From positions 102,193-166,192 of the forward strand of contig CACFFJ010000001.1 in assembly GCA_902565645.1 (NCBI GenBank): DNA of 64,000 bases. The letters are read 5' to 3'. Positions 1-9,458 of this stretch are shown one piece after another; the first letter of the stretch is position 1, and each line of letters begins with the position of its first letter. The translations under genes and the position numbers were made by a program. The stretch is from an uncultured Candidatus Actinomarina sp. (GTDB lineage Bacteria > Actinomycetota > Acidimicrobiia > Actinomarinales > Actinomarinaceae). The notes beneath the pieces were generated by a model. It searched no databases, was not told the DNA's origin, and worked only from the letters and a program-made list of their open reading frames with translations.

Positions 1-1237
1 GCCCAAAAACAATTAACTTGGCACCATTTCTTACTGCCTTTTTAATTCTTAAATAAAGAACTGGTAAGTTGTCTTTAATATCCTCCGACCAAAGAACTAT
101 GGTTTCAGATTTGTCTAAATCCTCAAAAGTTGCTTGAGTATATTTTTCTTCAAAATAACCTCTAGATAACAAATCATCACAAAAATATACGTTTGATTTC
201 TCTTTACTCAAGAATTTATCTTTATTGAGGTGATTAGAAATTTGGTTAATTACAAAATATTCTTCATTTGTACTATGAGAGCCTATAAGAAATTTAATAT
301 TTGGATTTTTTAATTCTTTAACTTTACTTGTAATTTTCTTGATAGCTTCAGATGTTGAGATTTCATTAAAGGAGTCATCGTTTTTTTCCAAAATATTTAA
401 AACCCTATTTTCAGAATGTAGGTAATCGAAGTTATATCTACCTTTATCTGAAAGCCAACCTTGATTGGTAAATTCATTGTCTTCACCTAAAATTCTTAAC
501 ATTTTATTCTGCGAAGTATTTAACTCTATAGAACAACCTACCGAACAACAGTTACATGTCGATGATATACTCTTTAAATCCCAAGGCCTTGCCTTAAATC
601 TGTAGGATGTAGAAGTCAATGCGCCAACTGGACAAATCTGTACTGTGTTGCCAGAAAAATATGATCTAAATGGCTCATTAGGAAAAGTATTTACTTCCGT
701 TTTGTTACCACGTTGTATAAATTCAATTAATGGGTCTCCTGAAATTTCGTCTGAAAACCTTGTACACCTTGCACAAAGAATACACCTTTCTCTATCAAGA
801 AGTATGATTTCAGAAATAGGTATTGGTTTTTCAAAATGTCTTTTTTCTTCAACAAATCTTGACTCACCTGGACCATAGGCCATGGTTTGATCTTGGAGTG
901 GGCATTCCCCGGCTTTATCACAGACAGGACAGTCTAGTGGATGGTTAATTAATAAAAACTCTAATATACCTTCTTGTGCTTTTTTTACTACCTCAGATTC
1001 AGTATCAACTACAAGATCTTCTGTTATTTCTGTTGTGCAGGACGGAACTAATGCTTTTCCTCTTGGTGTCTCTACCTCAACAAGACACATTCGACACATT
1101 CCAACTGGTTCTAGTCTTTTATGCCAGCAAAATCTTGGTATATGGATTCCAGAATTTTCACAAGCCTCAATCAATAATTCACCTGATTTAGCTTCAAGCT
1201 CAGTTCCATTTACTGTAAATTTAATTTCTTCACTCAT
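1..1237 (-). CDS. nuoG: NADH-quinone oxidoreductase subunit G, N-terminal ~412 aa (3' end runs off the left edge)
   Basis: It is absent from the ORF track because no stop lies in the window. My minus-strand translation from the ATG at 1237 reads MSEEIKFTVNGTELEAKSGELLIEACENSGIHIPRFCWH...HPLDCPVCDKAGECPLQD...CILCARCTRF, the Fe-S motifs of NuoG. The frame stays open to position 1. The start overlaps the nuoF stop (ATGAGTGA). Confidence 0.9.
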   Translation of the reverse strand, partial: MSEEIKFTVNGTELEAKSGELLIEACENSGIHIPRFCWHKRLEPVGMCRMCLVEVETPRGKALVPSCTTEITEDLVVDTESEVVKKAQEGILEFLLINHPLDCPVCDKAGECPLQDQTMAYGPGESRFVEEKRHFEKPIPISEIILLDRERCILCARCTRFSDEISGDPLIEFIQRGNKTEVNTFPNEPFRSYFSGNTVQICPVGALTSTSYRFKARPWDLKSISSTCNCCSVGCSIELNTSQNKMLRILGEDNEFTNQGWLSDKGRYNFDYLHSENRVLNILEKNDDSFNEISTSEAIKKITSKVKELKNPNIKFLIGSHSTNEEYFVINQISNHLNKDKFLSKEKSNVYFCDDLLSRGYFEEKYTQATFEDLDKSETIVLWSEDIKDNLPVLYLRIKKAVRNGAKLIVFG

Positions 1238-2528
1238 TATTAATTAATACTTTCCTAGGAAGCAAGCTTTCTACTTCTTCGCGAAAGCTATGCATTAGTG
1301 ATGTAATAGGTGAAACTGCTGAAGGTCCTAGTGGGCAAATAGTGGTCATTTTAGGAGGCCAGGTTAACCCTGGAGAAATATTGTCACAAACGTCAAGCAA
1401 TAGATCAATATCTGATGCCCTGCCTCTTCCGCTCGCAATTCTATCCAATATCATTTCTAGCCAAGTAGTACCCTCTCTACATGGAGTGCATTGTCCACAT
1501 GATTCATGAGCAAAAAAGCTAACTATACTTTTGGCAGCTAAGACTAGGTTTGTATCTTCATCCATAACAACTACAGCACCTGAACCTAGCATTGAACCTG
1601 CATCAGCGACGTCGTCTATTGTCATTTTTATATCTAGTTGTTCCCCAGTAAACCATGGGGCAGATGCTCCACCAGGAATATAAGCTTTTACAGATTTATT
1701 TTCTCTTATCCCTTTTCCAAAGGTGTCTATAAATTCCCCAAAAGAACAACCCATTTCAATTTCAAAATTACCTGGAGTGTTTACATGTCCAGATAAGCTA
1801 AAAATTCTTGTACCTGTTGAGCCTTCTACTCCTAAATTTGCATAATCTTTTCCTGAATTATTTATTATCCAAGGAACAGAAGATATTGTTTCAACGTTAT
1901 TAACTAAAGTTGGTTTATTATAAAGGCCCTTAACTGCTGGAAAATATGGAGGCTTTAATCTTGGTTCTCCTCTTCTGCCTTCTAGGGAATTAAGTAATGC
2001 CGTTTCTTCTCCGCATATGTAAGCACCAGCTCCAAGATGAACAACAACTTCTAGGTCTTTTCCTGAATCAAATATATTTTTACCCAGATACCCCTTTTCA
2101 TATGCTTGCTCAACAGCATCCTGAACCCTTCTCGCTGGTTTAGCGTATTCTCCTCTAACGTAAATAAAAGCTTTTGAGATATTTGAGGCAAAGCAAGTAA
2201 TAATTACTCCTTCAATTAATTGGTGAGGATCTCTTTCAAGCAAAATCCTATCTTTAAAAGTCCCAGGTTCTGACTCATCAGCGTTTATAACTAGATATCT
2301 TTCTTCATCTTCAGCTAAAAACCCCCACTTAACTCCTGTTGGAAAACCAGCGCCCCCTCTTCCCCTAATATTTGAAGTCTTAATCTCTTCAATTATTTCT
2401 CCAGGGTTGTTCTCTTTTAAAGCTTTTTTAGCTGCACTATACCCATTATTCTTTTCGTAGACCTCAATTAAGTGACTATTTTCAGGATTTTCTCTCATGT
2501 GTTTTGTTAGTAATAAGGTTTCTTTCAT
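1230..2528 (-). CDS. nuoF: NADH-quinone oxidoreductase subunit F
   Basis: 432 aa with GRGGAGFPTG (FMN/NADH site) and ESCGQCTPCREG (4Fe-4S). It sits in nuo operon order. Confidence 0.95.
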   Translation of the reverse strand: MKETLLLTKHMRENPENSHLIEVYEKNNGYSAAKKALKENNPGEIIEEIKTSNIRGRGGAGFPTGVKWGFLAEDEERYLVINADESEPGTFKDRILLERDPHQLIEGVIITCFASNISKAFIYVRGEYAKPARRVQDAVEQAYEKGYLGKNIFDSGKDLEVVVHLGAGAYICGEETALLNSLEGRRGEPRLKPPYFPAVKGLYNKPTLVNNVETISSVPWIINNSGKDYANLGVEGSTGTRIFSLSGHVNTPGNFEIEMGCSFGEFIDTFGKGIRENKSVKAYIPGGASAPWFTGEQLDIKMTIDDVADAGSMLGSGAVVVMDEDTNLVLAAKSIVSFFAHESCGQCTPCREGTTWLEMILDRIASGRGRASDIDLLLDVCDNISPGLTWPPKMTTICPLGPSAVSPITSLMHSFREEVESLLPRKVLINNE

Positions 2529-2530
2529 GA

Positions 2531-3142
2531 TTAATTTTCCTCTGCTGTTCCAATAATTTGAAATCCAGGTGCTGTAGTTGAAGTTCCTGAATTATCTTCT
2601 ATTGCCCATTCAAACGACTTTATGCCACCAAACTTTTCTTGTAAGTCATCAGCAACTATTACTTTTGGCTCTTCCTCTTTTAAGTATTTACATAGATCTA
2701 AAGCTTTCTCAGGAGTAACTCCTTCAATAGTTTCATAATTAACTTGTACTGCAGGAGCTCCTCCACAAGCTCCTATACACTCAACCTCTTCGAAAGTAAA
2801 AGTTTTTTCTGGGTCCGTTTCATTACTTGATAAACCTGTAAATTCTTTAATTCCACCTATAACCTCTTTTGAATTATTAATTTCACAAGAAATAGATTTA
2901 CATACACTCAATAAATATTTTCCTGTTGGTTCTTGTTTATACATTGTATAAAAAGAAGCAACAGATCTAACTTGAACTTCGGTAATTCCTAAAAGATTAC
3001 TAATCTCTACAACCGAATCATCATCTATATACCCTTCTTTATTTTGTGCTAGATACAAAAGAGGGCCAAGAGCAGATCTTTTCTGAGGATATAGTTTTAT
3101 AATTTCTTCAGCCTTTTTGATTAATTTTGAATCCCAAGTCAT
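2531..3142 (-). CDS. nuoE: NADH-quinone oxidoreductase subunit E
   Basis: 203 aa with the 2Fe-2S thioredoxin-like pattern (SVCKSISC ... ECIGACGGAP). It lies between nuoD and nuoF. Confidence 0.9.
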   Translation of the reverse strand: MTWDSKLIKKAEEIIKLYPQKRSALGPLLYLAQNKEGYIDDDSVVEISNLLGITEVQVRSVASFYTMYKQEPTGKYLLSVCKSISCEINNSKEVIGGIKEFTGLSSNETDPEKTFTFEEVECIGACGGAPAVQVNYETIEGVTPEKALDLCKYLKEEEPKVIVADDLQEKFGGIKSFEWAIEDNSGTSTTAPGFQIIGTAEEN

Positions 3143-4494
3143 CTGTCTACATCTCCTATTACTGGATCCAAAGAAGCAATTGCTGCAACTGCATCAGCAA
3201 TTGGACTATCAGCCATTATTACAGGAAGTGCTTGTAGATTACAAAAGGATGGGCCTCTAATATGCATGCGATATGGTTTAGCGGTACCGTCTGAAACTAT
3301 GTAGCAGCCGAGCTCTCCTCTTGGGGATTCAACTGCTACATAAGCCTCTCCGGGAGGAACTTTGAAACCTTCTGTATAAATTTTAAAATGGTGAATCAGA
3401 GCTTCCATTGATTCATCCAGTCTTTTCCTTGGAGGTGGTGTTACTTTCTTGTCTTGAATTCTGTAAGGTCCTTTCGGAATTGTGTCCATCACTTGTTCAA
3501 CTATTTTCAAGCTTTCAAATATTTCCAAAACCTTTATTCTCCACCTTGAAAAAACATCACTATCAGTTAAAAGTGGTACTTCAAATTCATAATTTTCAAT
3601 CCCCGAATAAGGTTGCATTTTTCTTAAATCCCATGAAAATCCAGATGCACGAAGGCTTGGTCCAGTTATACCATAAGCTAAACACTCTTCTGTTGTTAAA
3701 ATACCAACATTTTTTAGCCTTCCTTTCCATATAGGATTATCAAGAAGCATTTCGTCATAGTCTTTTAGTTTCTCTGGAATAACTTTTAATATTTCTTTTA
3801 CGTCTTTTTGCCAATTGTCTGGTAAATCAGCCGCAACACCCCCTGGCCTTATATAGTTATGGTTCATTCTTAATCCGGTAGTTTTTTCAAAAAAGTTCAA
3901 AATTAATTCTCTTTCTCTAAAACCAAATATCATCATTGACAATGCTCCAATGTCCATTCCCCCTGTAGCAAGAGCTACTAAATGAGATGAGATTCGGTTT
4001 AATTCTGTCATCAATATTCGTATTGAGTCTGCCCTTTCTGGAACTTCTATATTTAGTAATTTTTCAGTGGTTAGAGAAAAAACTAATTCATTAAATAGTG
4101 GGGAAAGATAATCCATTCTTGTTGTATTTGTAGGACCTTGAAAGTATGCAAGTTCTTCACCTGTTTTTTCCATACCTGTATGAAGATATCCAATAACAGG
4201 TTTAACTCTTCTTACAACTTCACCTTCTAACTCCACTTGTAGCCTTAAAACCCCGTGAGTTGAGGGGTGTTGAGGGCCCATATTTACAATCATTCTCTCA
4301 TCATCAGTTGTTTCCTCGCTGTAAAAATAATCATCAACTACATCTGATCCGGTTTGTATTTTTATCTGTTTCTCACTTTCATCTTCAAGCATTTTCTGGG
4401 AACCCTCATCTGTTGAAGCTATGTTCCATCCACCTTCTTCAGAGTTTGTAGCCCAAAGCTCTAAGTCATCTCTTAATTTATTTTCATCATCCAT
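3139..4494 (-). CDS. nuoD: NADH-quinone oxidoreductase subunit D
   Basis: 451 aa with NMGPQHPSTHGVLRL and a conserved C-terminus. It has an acidic ~65-aa N-terminal extension, as in other actinobacterial NuoD. Confidence 0.95.
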   Translation of the reverse strand: MDDENKLRDDLELWATNSEEGGWNIASTDEGSQKMLEDESEKQIKIQTGSDVVDDYFYSEETTDDERMIVNMGPQHPSTHGVLRLQVELEGEVVRRVKPVIGYLHTGMEKTGEELAYFQGPTNTTRMDYLSPLFNELVFSLTTEKLLNIEVPERADSIRILMTELNRISSHLVALATGGMDIGALSMMIFGFRERELILNFFEKTTGLRMNHNYIRPGGVAADLPDNWQKDVKEILKVIPEKLKDYDEMLLDNPIWKGRLKNVGILTTEECLAYGITGPSLRASGFSWDLRKMQPYSGIENYEFEVPLLTDSDVFSRWRIKVLEIFESLKIVEQVMDTIPKGPYRIQDKKVTPPPRKRLDESMEALIHHFKIYTEGFKVPPGEAYVAVESPRGELGCYIVSDGTAKPYRMHIRGPSFCNLQALPVIMADSPIADAVAAIASLDPVIGDVDR

Positions 4495-4496
4495 TA

Positions 4497-4910
4497 TTAG
4501 TCAACCTTTGGAGCGTTTTTAAACTGGACTGGTATTCTTCCTGTCCCGTAATCTTTCCTTAGAGGATTCCCTTCCCAATCATCAGGCATTAAAATTCTTG
4601 TTAGTTCAGGGTGATTCTCAAATTCAATTCCAAACATATCGAAAACTTCTCTCTCGTAAAAATTTGCACTAGGGTATATTTCACATATTGAAGGAACTTT
4701 TAATTCTTCATCCTGTACATTGACATTTAAAATTATTCTAGAATTTTTTGATACTGATAAAAAATTTACTACAAGTTGGAATCTAGGCTCTCTTTTTCTG
4801 TACCAATCAACAGCAGTTAAATCAACCATCATTTCATAGCCATCATTTTTAATGCTTTCAACTTTTTCCAGATATTCATCTACTTCAACATTTATTGTTT
4901 CGTAACTCAC
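4497..4910 (-). CDS. nuoC: NADH-quinone oxidoreductase subunit C (short form)
   Basis: 137 aa with [23 protein letters not shown] and PLRKDY motifs. Confidence 0.9.
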   Translation of the reverse strand: MSYETINVEVDEYLEKVESIKNDGYEMMVDLTAVDWYRKREPRFQLVVNFLSVSKNSRIILNVNVQDEELKVPSICEIYPSANFYEREVFDMFGIEFENHPELTRILMPDDWEGNPLRKDYGTGRIPVQFKNAPKVD

Positions 4911-5368
4911 CTGTTTATTTCACCATCCATTATTTTGTCATGTAAAGTTAAAATCCCATGCATTAAAGATTGTGGTCCAGGTGGACATCCAGGTACATAT
5001 ATGTCTACTGGAACTATGTGATCCACTCCTTGTACTAATGCATAGTTATTAAACATCCCACCAGTTGAGGAACATGCACCCATTGCGATTACCCACTTAG
5101 GTTCTGCCATTTGATCATAAACTTGCCTAAGTACAGGAGCCATTTTTTGAGATACTCTACCTGCAACAATCATTAAATCTGCTTGGCGAGGCGAAGCTCT
5201 AAAAACTTCCATACCATATCTGGCTAAATCATATTTAGCAGATCCAGCAGCCATCATTTCAATAGCACAGCAAGCTAATCCAAATGTTACTGGCCACATG
5301 GACTGTGTTCTAGACCATCTAACTGCTTTGTCTATAGTGGTAGTAAAAATATTATCAGGTGAAAACAT
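4907..5368 (-). CDS. nuoB: NADH-quinone oxidoreductase subunit B
   Basis: 153 aa with [18 protein letters not shown] and PGCPP cluster N2 ligands. Confidence 0.95.
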   Translation of the reverse strand: MFSPDNIFTTTIDKAVRWSRTQSMWPVTFGLACCAIEMMAAGSAKYDLARYGMEVFRASPRQADLMIVAGRVSQKMAPVLRQVYDQMAEPKWVIAMGACSSTGGMFNNYALVQGVDHIVPVDIYVPGCPPGPQSLMHGILTLHDKIMDGEINR

Positions 5369-5778
5369 TATGAAACTCTTTCTTTTTCATCAATTTCTGA
5401 TTTGTGATATCTTTTTCTTCTAGGAACATTCCAATCTAGGACATCTTTTTTCCATACGTAATATAAAGTTTCTAATACAAAGAAAGTGAATATTGAAATT
5501 GCTAGTATGCCATACCATCCAAGCTGATTAAATCTTGTTGCCCAAGCTAGTAAAAAGATTATTTCAATATCAAAAACTATATAGAGCATTGCAACCATAT
5601 AAAATTTCACTGGAAATCTCTGAGATGGTTCTTCTTCTGGAAAAATTCCACACTCATAAGGTGCTAGTTTTTCTGTTGTTGGATTTTTAGGAGACAATAA
5701 ATAAGAAACCCCTAATGACACCAAAGCAAAGCCTAAAGCTATTAAAAACATGATTAATATAGGCAACCAACTAATCAT
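5368..5778 (-). CDS. nuoA: NADH-quinone oxidoreductase subunit A
   Basis: 136 aa, three TM segments and the PYECG motif. It is the first gene of the nuo operon, with SD GGGAGGG 5-11 nt upstream. Confidence 0.9.
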   Translation of the reverse strand: MISWLPILIMFLIALGFALVSLGVSYLLSPKNPTTEKLAPYECGIFPEEEPSQRFPVKFYMVAMLYIVFDIEIIFLLAWATRFNQLGWYGILAISIFTFFVLETLYYVWKKDVLDWNVPRRKRYHKSEIDEKERVS

Positions 5779-5793
5779 TAATCCCTCCCGTGT

Positions 5794-5811
5794 TTGTGAA
5801 AAGTTTCACAA
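5794..5811. promoter_or_regulatory. Rex operator (ROP) TTGTGAA-AAGT-TTCACAA upstream of nuoA
   Basis: The 18-bp site has two perfect inverted half-sites and matches the published Rex operator consensus TTGTGAA-N4-TTCACAA. It lies 16 nt upstream of the nuoA ATG, next to its SD. The rex gene is 1.4 kb away. Confidence 0.8.
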
Positions 5812-5856
5812 ACTATATAATTATTCTACTACTTTTTTCTAATTTTTGTGAAGAGA

Positions 5857-7128
5857 TTAGTTACTTGTTTTATTAAGTAATTTAAGGATATTTATAGGCA
5901 TTAGAAACTTAAGTATTAAAAGGATTGTTTCTTTTAATGTTAAATTTGCCTCGTCAAAAAGTAATTCAACTACAAAATCTATTGTGTGCTGATCAGCTGA
6001 AGCAATTGCAAGAAGTCTCTTTGTCATAAATGGACTTTGGAAAACTAATCTAGCAAGAGAGCAACTTAGAAAATGTTTACCAAATCTTTTATTAAATCTA
6101 TTCTCATAATTCTTAATACCAAAATTTAATTTATCTATATTGTTATCAAGCAATTCAAAGGTGTCTTTGGCTAGTAAATATCCTGCCTCCATACCGTAGA
6201 ATATTCCTTCTCCACTCATTGGGTTAATCATTGAACCTGCGTCCCCAATTAATGCAACACGGTCATGTGCAAGCTTCGGTCTTGAGGAAGCAAAAGGCAA
6301 TAAAAAACTCTTCTCCATTCTCAAGTTCTCGACCTTAACTCCCCTTTTGCTAAGGGTATTAATAAACTCATCTAATAAATTATTGATATTCATCTTTTCT
6401 TTTTTAAATAAACTAAGTGGAACACCTATCCCTATATTTACTAAATTGCCTTTGCTAGGAAAAGCCCAAGCATAACCTTTAATCGCTGAAACATTAATTT
6501 CAAACATAAGAGTTCTCTCTTTAAAAACATCAACATAGTTTGGACTGTCTATATATGCCCTAATTGCAATAGCCTTATGCCAATCACTATTTTGTTTTAT
6601 ATTTAAACTCTTTCTTACCCTTGAGTTTGCACCATCAGCACCAATCAATAAATTTGTTTCAATTATAAATTCTTGTTTATTCTCATCTTCAAATTTAACT
6701 TTTAATGAATCTTCTTTTTTCTCAAAGTTAATATACCTGAAGCCTTCATAAGATACGGCTCCACACTTTTTTGCTAAATCAAAAATTCTATTATCTAAAT
6801 CATATCTAGGGATTACATAAACAATTGAGTCTTCTTTGTTTTTTACTTCTGGAATATAATTGTGTATTCCAATATTTTTTGGTCCAAATAAAGTTGTTGA
6901 AACAACTTCGGGATCATTTTTTAGAATGTGTTCATTATTAAATCTTTTAAGTGCGCTTATAACACCAGGGCCTATCGCATCACCACAAGATTTATCTCTT
7001 GGAAAATGTGCTTTATCAAATATTGCAACTTTTAAGTCAGGATTCAAATTTTTATATGAAATTGCTGCATTTGATCCTGATGGACCTGCGCCAACTATAA
7101 CTACATCATAAAAATATTTATTTTTCAT
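5857..7128 (-). CDS. FAD-dependent geranylgeranyl reductase family oxidoreductase (MenJ-like prenyl reductase candidate)
   Basis: DVVIVGAGPSGS dinucleotide fold, GADGANSRVR and LIGDAGSMINPMSGEGI motifs. The ORF track starts at TTG 7140; I prefer the ATG at 7128 (MKNKYFYD). Confidence 0.8.
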   Translation of the reverse strand: MKNKYFYDVVIVGAGPSGSNAAISYKNLNPDLKVAIFDKAHFPRDKSCGDAIGPGVISALKRFNNEHILKNDPEVVSTTLFGPKNIGIHNYIPEVKNKEDSIVYVIPRYDLDNRIFDLAKKCGAVSYEGFRYINFEKKEDSLKVKFEDENKQEFIIETNLLIGADGANSRVRKSLNIKQNSDWHKAIAIRAYIDSPNYVDVFKERTLMFEINVSAIKGYAWAFPSKGNLVNIGIGVPLSLFKKEKMNINNLLDEFINTLSKRGVKVENLRMEKSFLLPFASSRPKLAHDRVALIGDAGSMINPMSGEGIFYGMEAGYLLAKDTFELLDNNIDKLNFGIKNYENRFNKRFGKHFLSCSLARLVFQSPFMTKRLLAIASADQHTIDFVVELLFDEANLTLKETILLILKFLMPINILKLLNKTSN

Positions 7129-7237
7129 TGTGATTTCCAAATTAACATAATCAAATTAAAAAGATAAAGGAAGGAGTAAATATAAATTTACATTTACTAT
7201 TTAACATATTTTTAAATTCTTATTAGATTGTGCATTA

Positions 7238-7882
7238 GTGAAAATAAATTCAAACATACCGCCTGCAACTGTCAAAAGACTTCCCTTGTATCTTCAATGT
7301 TTAGAGCAGATTGATAAGGCTACAGGTGGAATATCTTCAAAGAAAATTGCTGAAATTGCTAAAGTTAACGATGCACAAGTAAGAAGAGACTTGTCTTACT
7401 TAGGAACATTAGGAACTAGAGGTGTTGGGTATGATGTATCAAAGCTTAGGAATCAAATAGAACTTGAACTTGGTTTGGTAGACGGTTGGACAGCAATAAT
7501 TGTGGGTATTGGAAATCTTGGTTCAGCATTAGCACATTATGGTGGGTTTAAAGAAAGAGGCTTTAAAATAGTTGGCCTTTTTGATACAGATCCAAAAAAG
7601 ATAGGCAAGCAACTTGCTGGATTAACTGTAAAACCCCTTCATGAAATGAAAGAAATTTGTGCAAAATATAATGTAGCAATTGGAATAATCGCAACCCCAG
7701 AAAAAGTTGCAGAAAGTATTGCTGATGATTTAGAAGTTTGTGGGATTAAATCAATTCTTAACTTTGCTCCTGTTTTATTAAAAAATAAGCCTGGGATGCA
7801 AATTCGTTCAGTTGACTTATCACAAGAATTGCAAATTCTTAGTTACTACTTAGAAAGACCTTCTTTAAAAATAGCTAAGTAA
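7238..7882 (+). CDS. rex: Redox-sensing transcriptional repressor Rex
   Basis: 214 aa with an N-terminal winged helix (ATVKRLPLYLQCL) and a Rossmann GIGNLGSAL motif. The start is GTG. Confidence 0.9.
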   Translation: MKINSNIPPATVKRLPLYLQCLEQIDKATGGISSKKIAEIAKVNDAQVRRDLSYLGTLGTRGVGYDVSKLRNQIELELGLVDGWTAIIVGIGNLGSALAHYGGFKERGFKIVGLFDTDPKKIGKQLAGLTVKPLHEMKEICAKYNVAIGIIATPEKVAESIADDLEVCGIKSILNFAPVLLKNKPGMQIRSVDLSQELQILSYYLERPSLKIAK

Positions 7883-9169
7883 TTATTTTCTCTGGTAATA
7901 ACCTCCTATAAGAGCTCTGATAACTAGTGATATGACTAATGAAAACCAAATAGTATTAATATTCTGGAAAATGCCAATAAGCACAAACAAAATTAGAGCA
8001 CCAATAGATGAAGATGTAATTGTTGTATAAGCAAACTCTTTATTTTTATCTAGACCTAACAAAACACCGTCCCAAAGAAAAGCGTAGCTTCCGAAGAAAA
8101 GAGTTAATGAAAAGATAAGCCTTAAGTAATTGTCTTGTATCTGAGTAAAGACTTGATTTGATATTAGTTCAGTCATGAAAGGAATGAAGAAAAACCCGAT
8201 TGCAGTGGATACCAAAGAAAAGATAACTGTAATTTTGATTAAAGCTTTATACAAATCAGAACCAAGATACTTCTTTCCTTTTGAAATATGTTCGGAAACA
8301 AGAGTTTGAGATGCAATTGCAAGGGCATCTATAAAATGATAGCCAAAAGTCCATATTTGATTCATGACATGATGTAATGCAATATCATTCATTGACAATC
8401 TAGATGCTTGATTGCTTAGAAGCGCCATATAACCAGTCAAAAATGCAGAACGGATAACTATAGTGACTCCTACGGAGAAAAATTTCTTTTTCAATTTTTC
8501 TTTACTCACTACATCAAGTGTGCTTGTAAACTCATTCACTCTTCTTTGTTGTATAAAGTTTGCATAAACTGATGCAACAAAGAAAGCTATGCTGCTTGCT
8601 GCTGCTATACCAACGATTCCAAATCCTAAAACTATACCAAGTAAGTAGCTTAAAAATATATTTGTAATTGTAACAATCAAAGAGCTCTGTAAAGTAATTT
8701 TCGGATGCCTTAATCCTCTCAAAACAGCTGTAGAGTGCATATTTAACAGATAAAAAGGAATCCCAATAGATCTTACAATTAAATAGCTAGAAGCTAAATT
8801 TGAAATATCTGGAGTGGGTTTAAATAAACTAATAAAAAAACCATCGAAGTTAAAAATTACAAGGAATACTAGAAAGCCTAAAAATATAGAGGTTTTACGA
8901 CCAAATGATATGAAATACTTAAGATTATTTAACTCATTATTTGTTTTCAACTTCGCAACTAAAGGTGTTGTCCCATATGCTAAAAAAATAAAAATCCAGG
9001 TAAATACAAAATAAATAGTTGTTCCAATCCCTACAGAAGAAAGCGTATCTAGCCCAATAATTCCTGCAATTCTTGAATCTACTAAACCAGCTAAAGGTTC
9101 TGTCATTAACCAAATAAGAATAGGATATGAATTAGCCCATATATCTTTGTATGTTAAATTATTCCTCAT
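7883..9169 (-). CDS. MATE family efflux transporter
   Basis: 428 aa with about 12 TM segments and a typical MATE (DinF/NorM-like) N-terminus. Its stop abuts the rex stop (TAATTA). Confidence 0.8.
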   Translation of the reverse strand: MRNNLTYKDIWANSYPILIWLMTEPLAGLVDSRIAGIIGLDTLSSVGIGTTIYFVFTWIFIFLAYGTTPLVAKLKTNNELNNLKYFISFGRKTSIFLGFLVFLVIFNFDGFFISLFKPTPDISNLASSYLIVRSIGIPFYLLNMHSTAVLRGLRHPKITLQSSLIVTITNIFLSYLLGIVLGFGIVGIAAASSIAFFVASVYANFIQQRRVNEFTSTLDVVSKEKLKKKFFSVGVTIVIRSAFLTGYMALLSNQASRLSMNDIALHHVMNQIWTFGYHFIDALAIASQTLVSEHISKGKKYLGSDLYKALIKITVIFSLVSTAIGFFFIPFMTELISNQVFTQIQDNYLRLIFSLTLFFGSYAFLWDGVLLGLDKNKEFAYTTITSSSIGALILFVLIGIFQNINTIWFSLVISLVIRALIGGYYQRK

Positions 9170-9458
9170 TCATATCACTTGATTTTTGAATTCCCCATTC
9201 CATTATAAGTTTATGTCCTTGTTCTCCAAAACTAGCTGGGGTTAGACTAAAGTTTATATCAAAAACCTCGAACAAGAAATCGTTTACTAATTGTGTTGGA
9301 GTTTTTGATTGTTGAAAACTAGGCTTTGAAAGTTCTCCGATTAACATACCTTTAAGCCTCTCTTCATTGTTACTGTCTAATAAATTACCCGAGAGCTCTA
9401 CTTTTTCTTTGGTTGCTTTAATTATTTCATCAATTAGTTTATTTATAAAATTATTCAT
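9159..9458 (-). CDS. hypothetical protein (99 aa)
   Basis: The ORF overlaps both neighbours (4 nt and 11 nt), which implies co-translation. I recognise no motif. Confidence 0.5.
   Translation of the reverse strand: MNNFINKLIDEIIKATKEKVELSGNLLDSNNEERLKGMLIGELSKPSFQQSKTPTQLVNDFLFEVFDINFSLTPASFGEQGHKLIMEWGIQKSSDMNEE

Noticed and set aside
3408-3734. A 108-aa ORF antisense to nuoD. Similar antisense or alternate-frame track ORFs include 645..878, 976..1247, 4260..4451, 6860..7111, 12086..12391, 17070..17468, 20011..20313, 38008..38319, 42597..42905, 53305..53811 and 57017..57397.
   Set aside because: Each lies wholly inside a strongly conserved CDS on the other strand or frame. They have low-complexity, Leu/Ser/Phe-rich translations with no motifs, which is typical of stop-poor antisense frames.
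5845-5864. A second TTGTGAA half-site near the geranylgeranyl reductase stop.
   Set aside because: The partner half (TTAGTTA) does not match TTCACAA, so it is a single half-site that could arise by chance.
7176-7191. A GTAAAT-ATAA-ATTTAC palindrome in the rex / prenyl-reductase divergent region, considered as a candidate auto-operator.
   Set aside because: It is purely A/T-rich, does not resemble the Rex operator, and such palindromes are expected by chance at this base composition.
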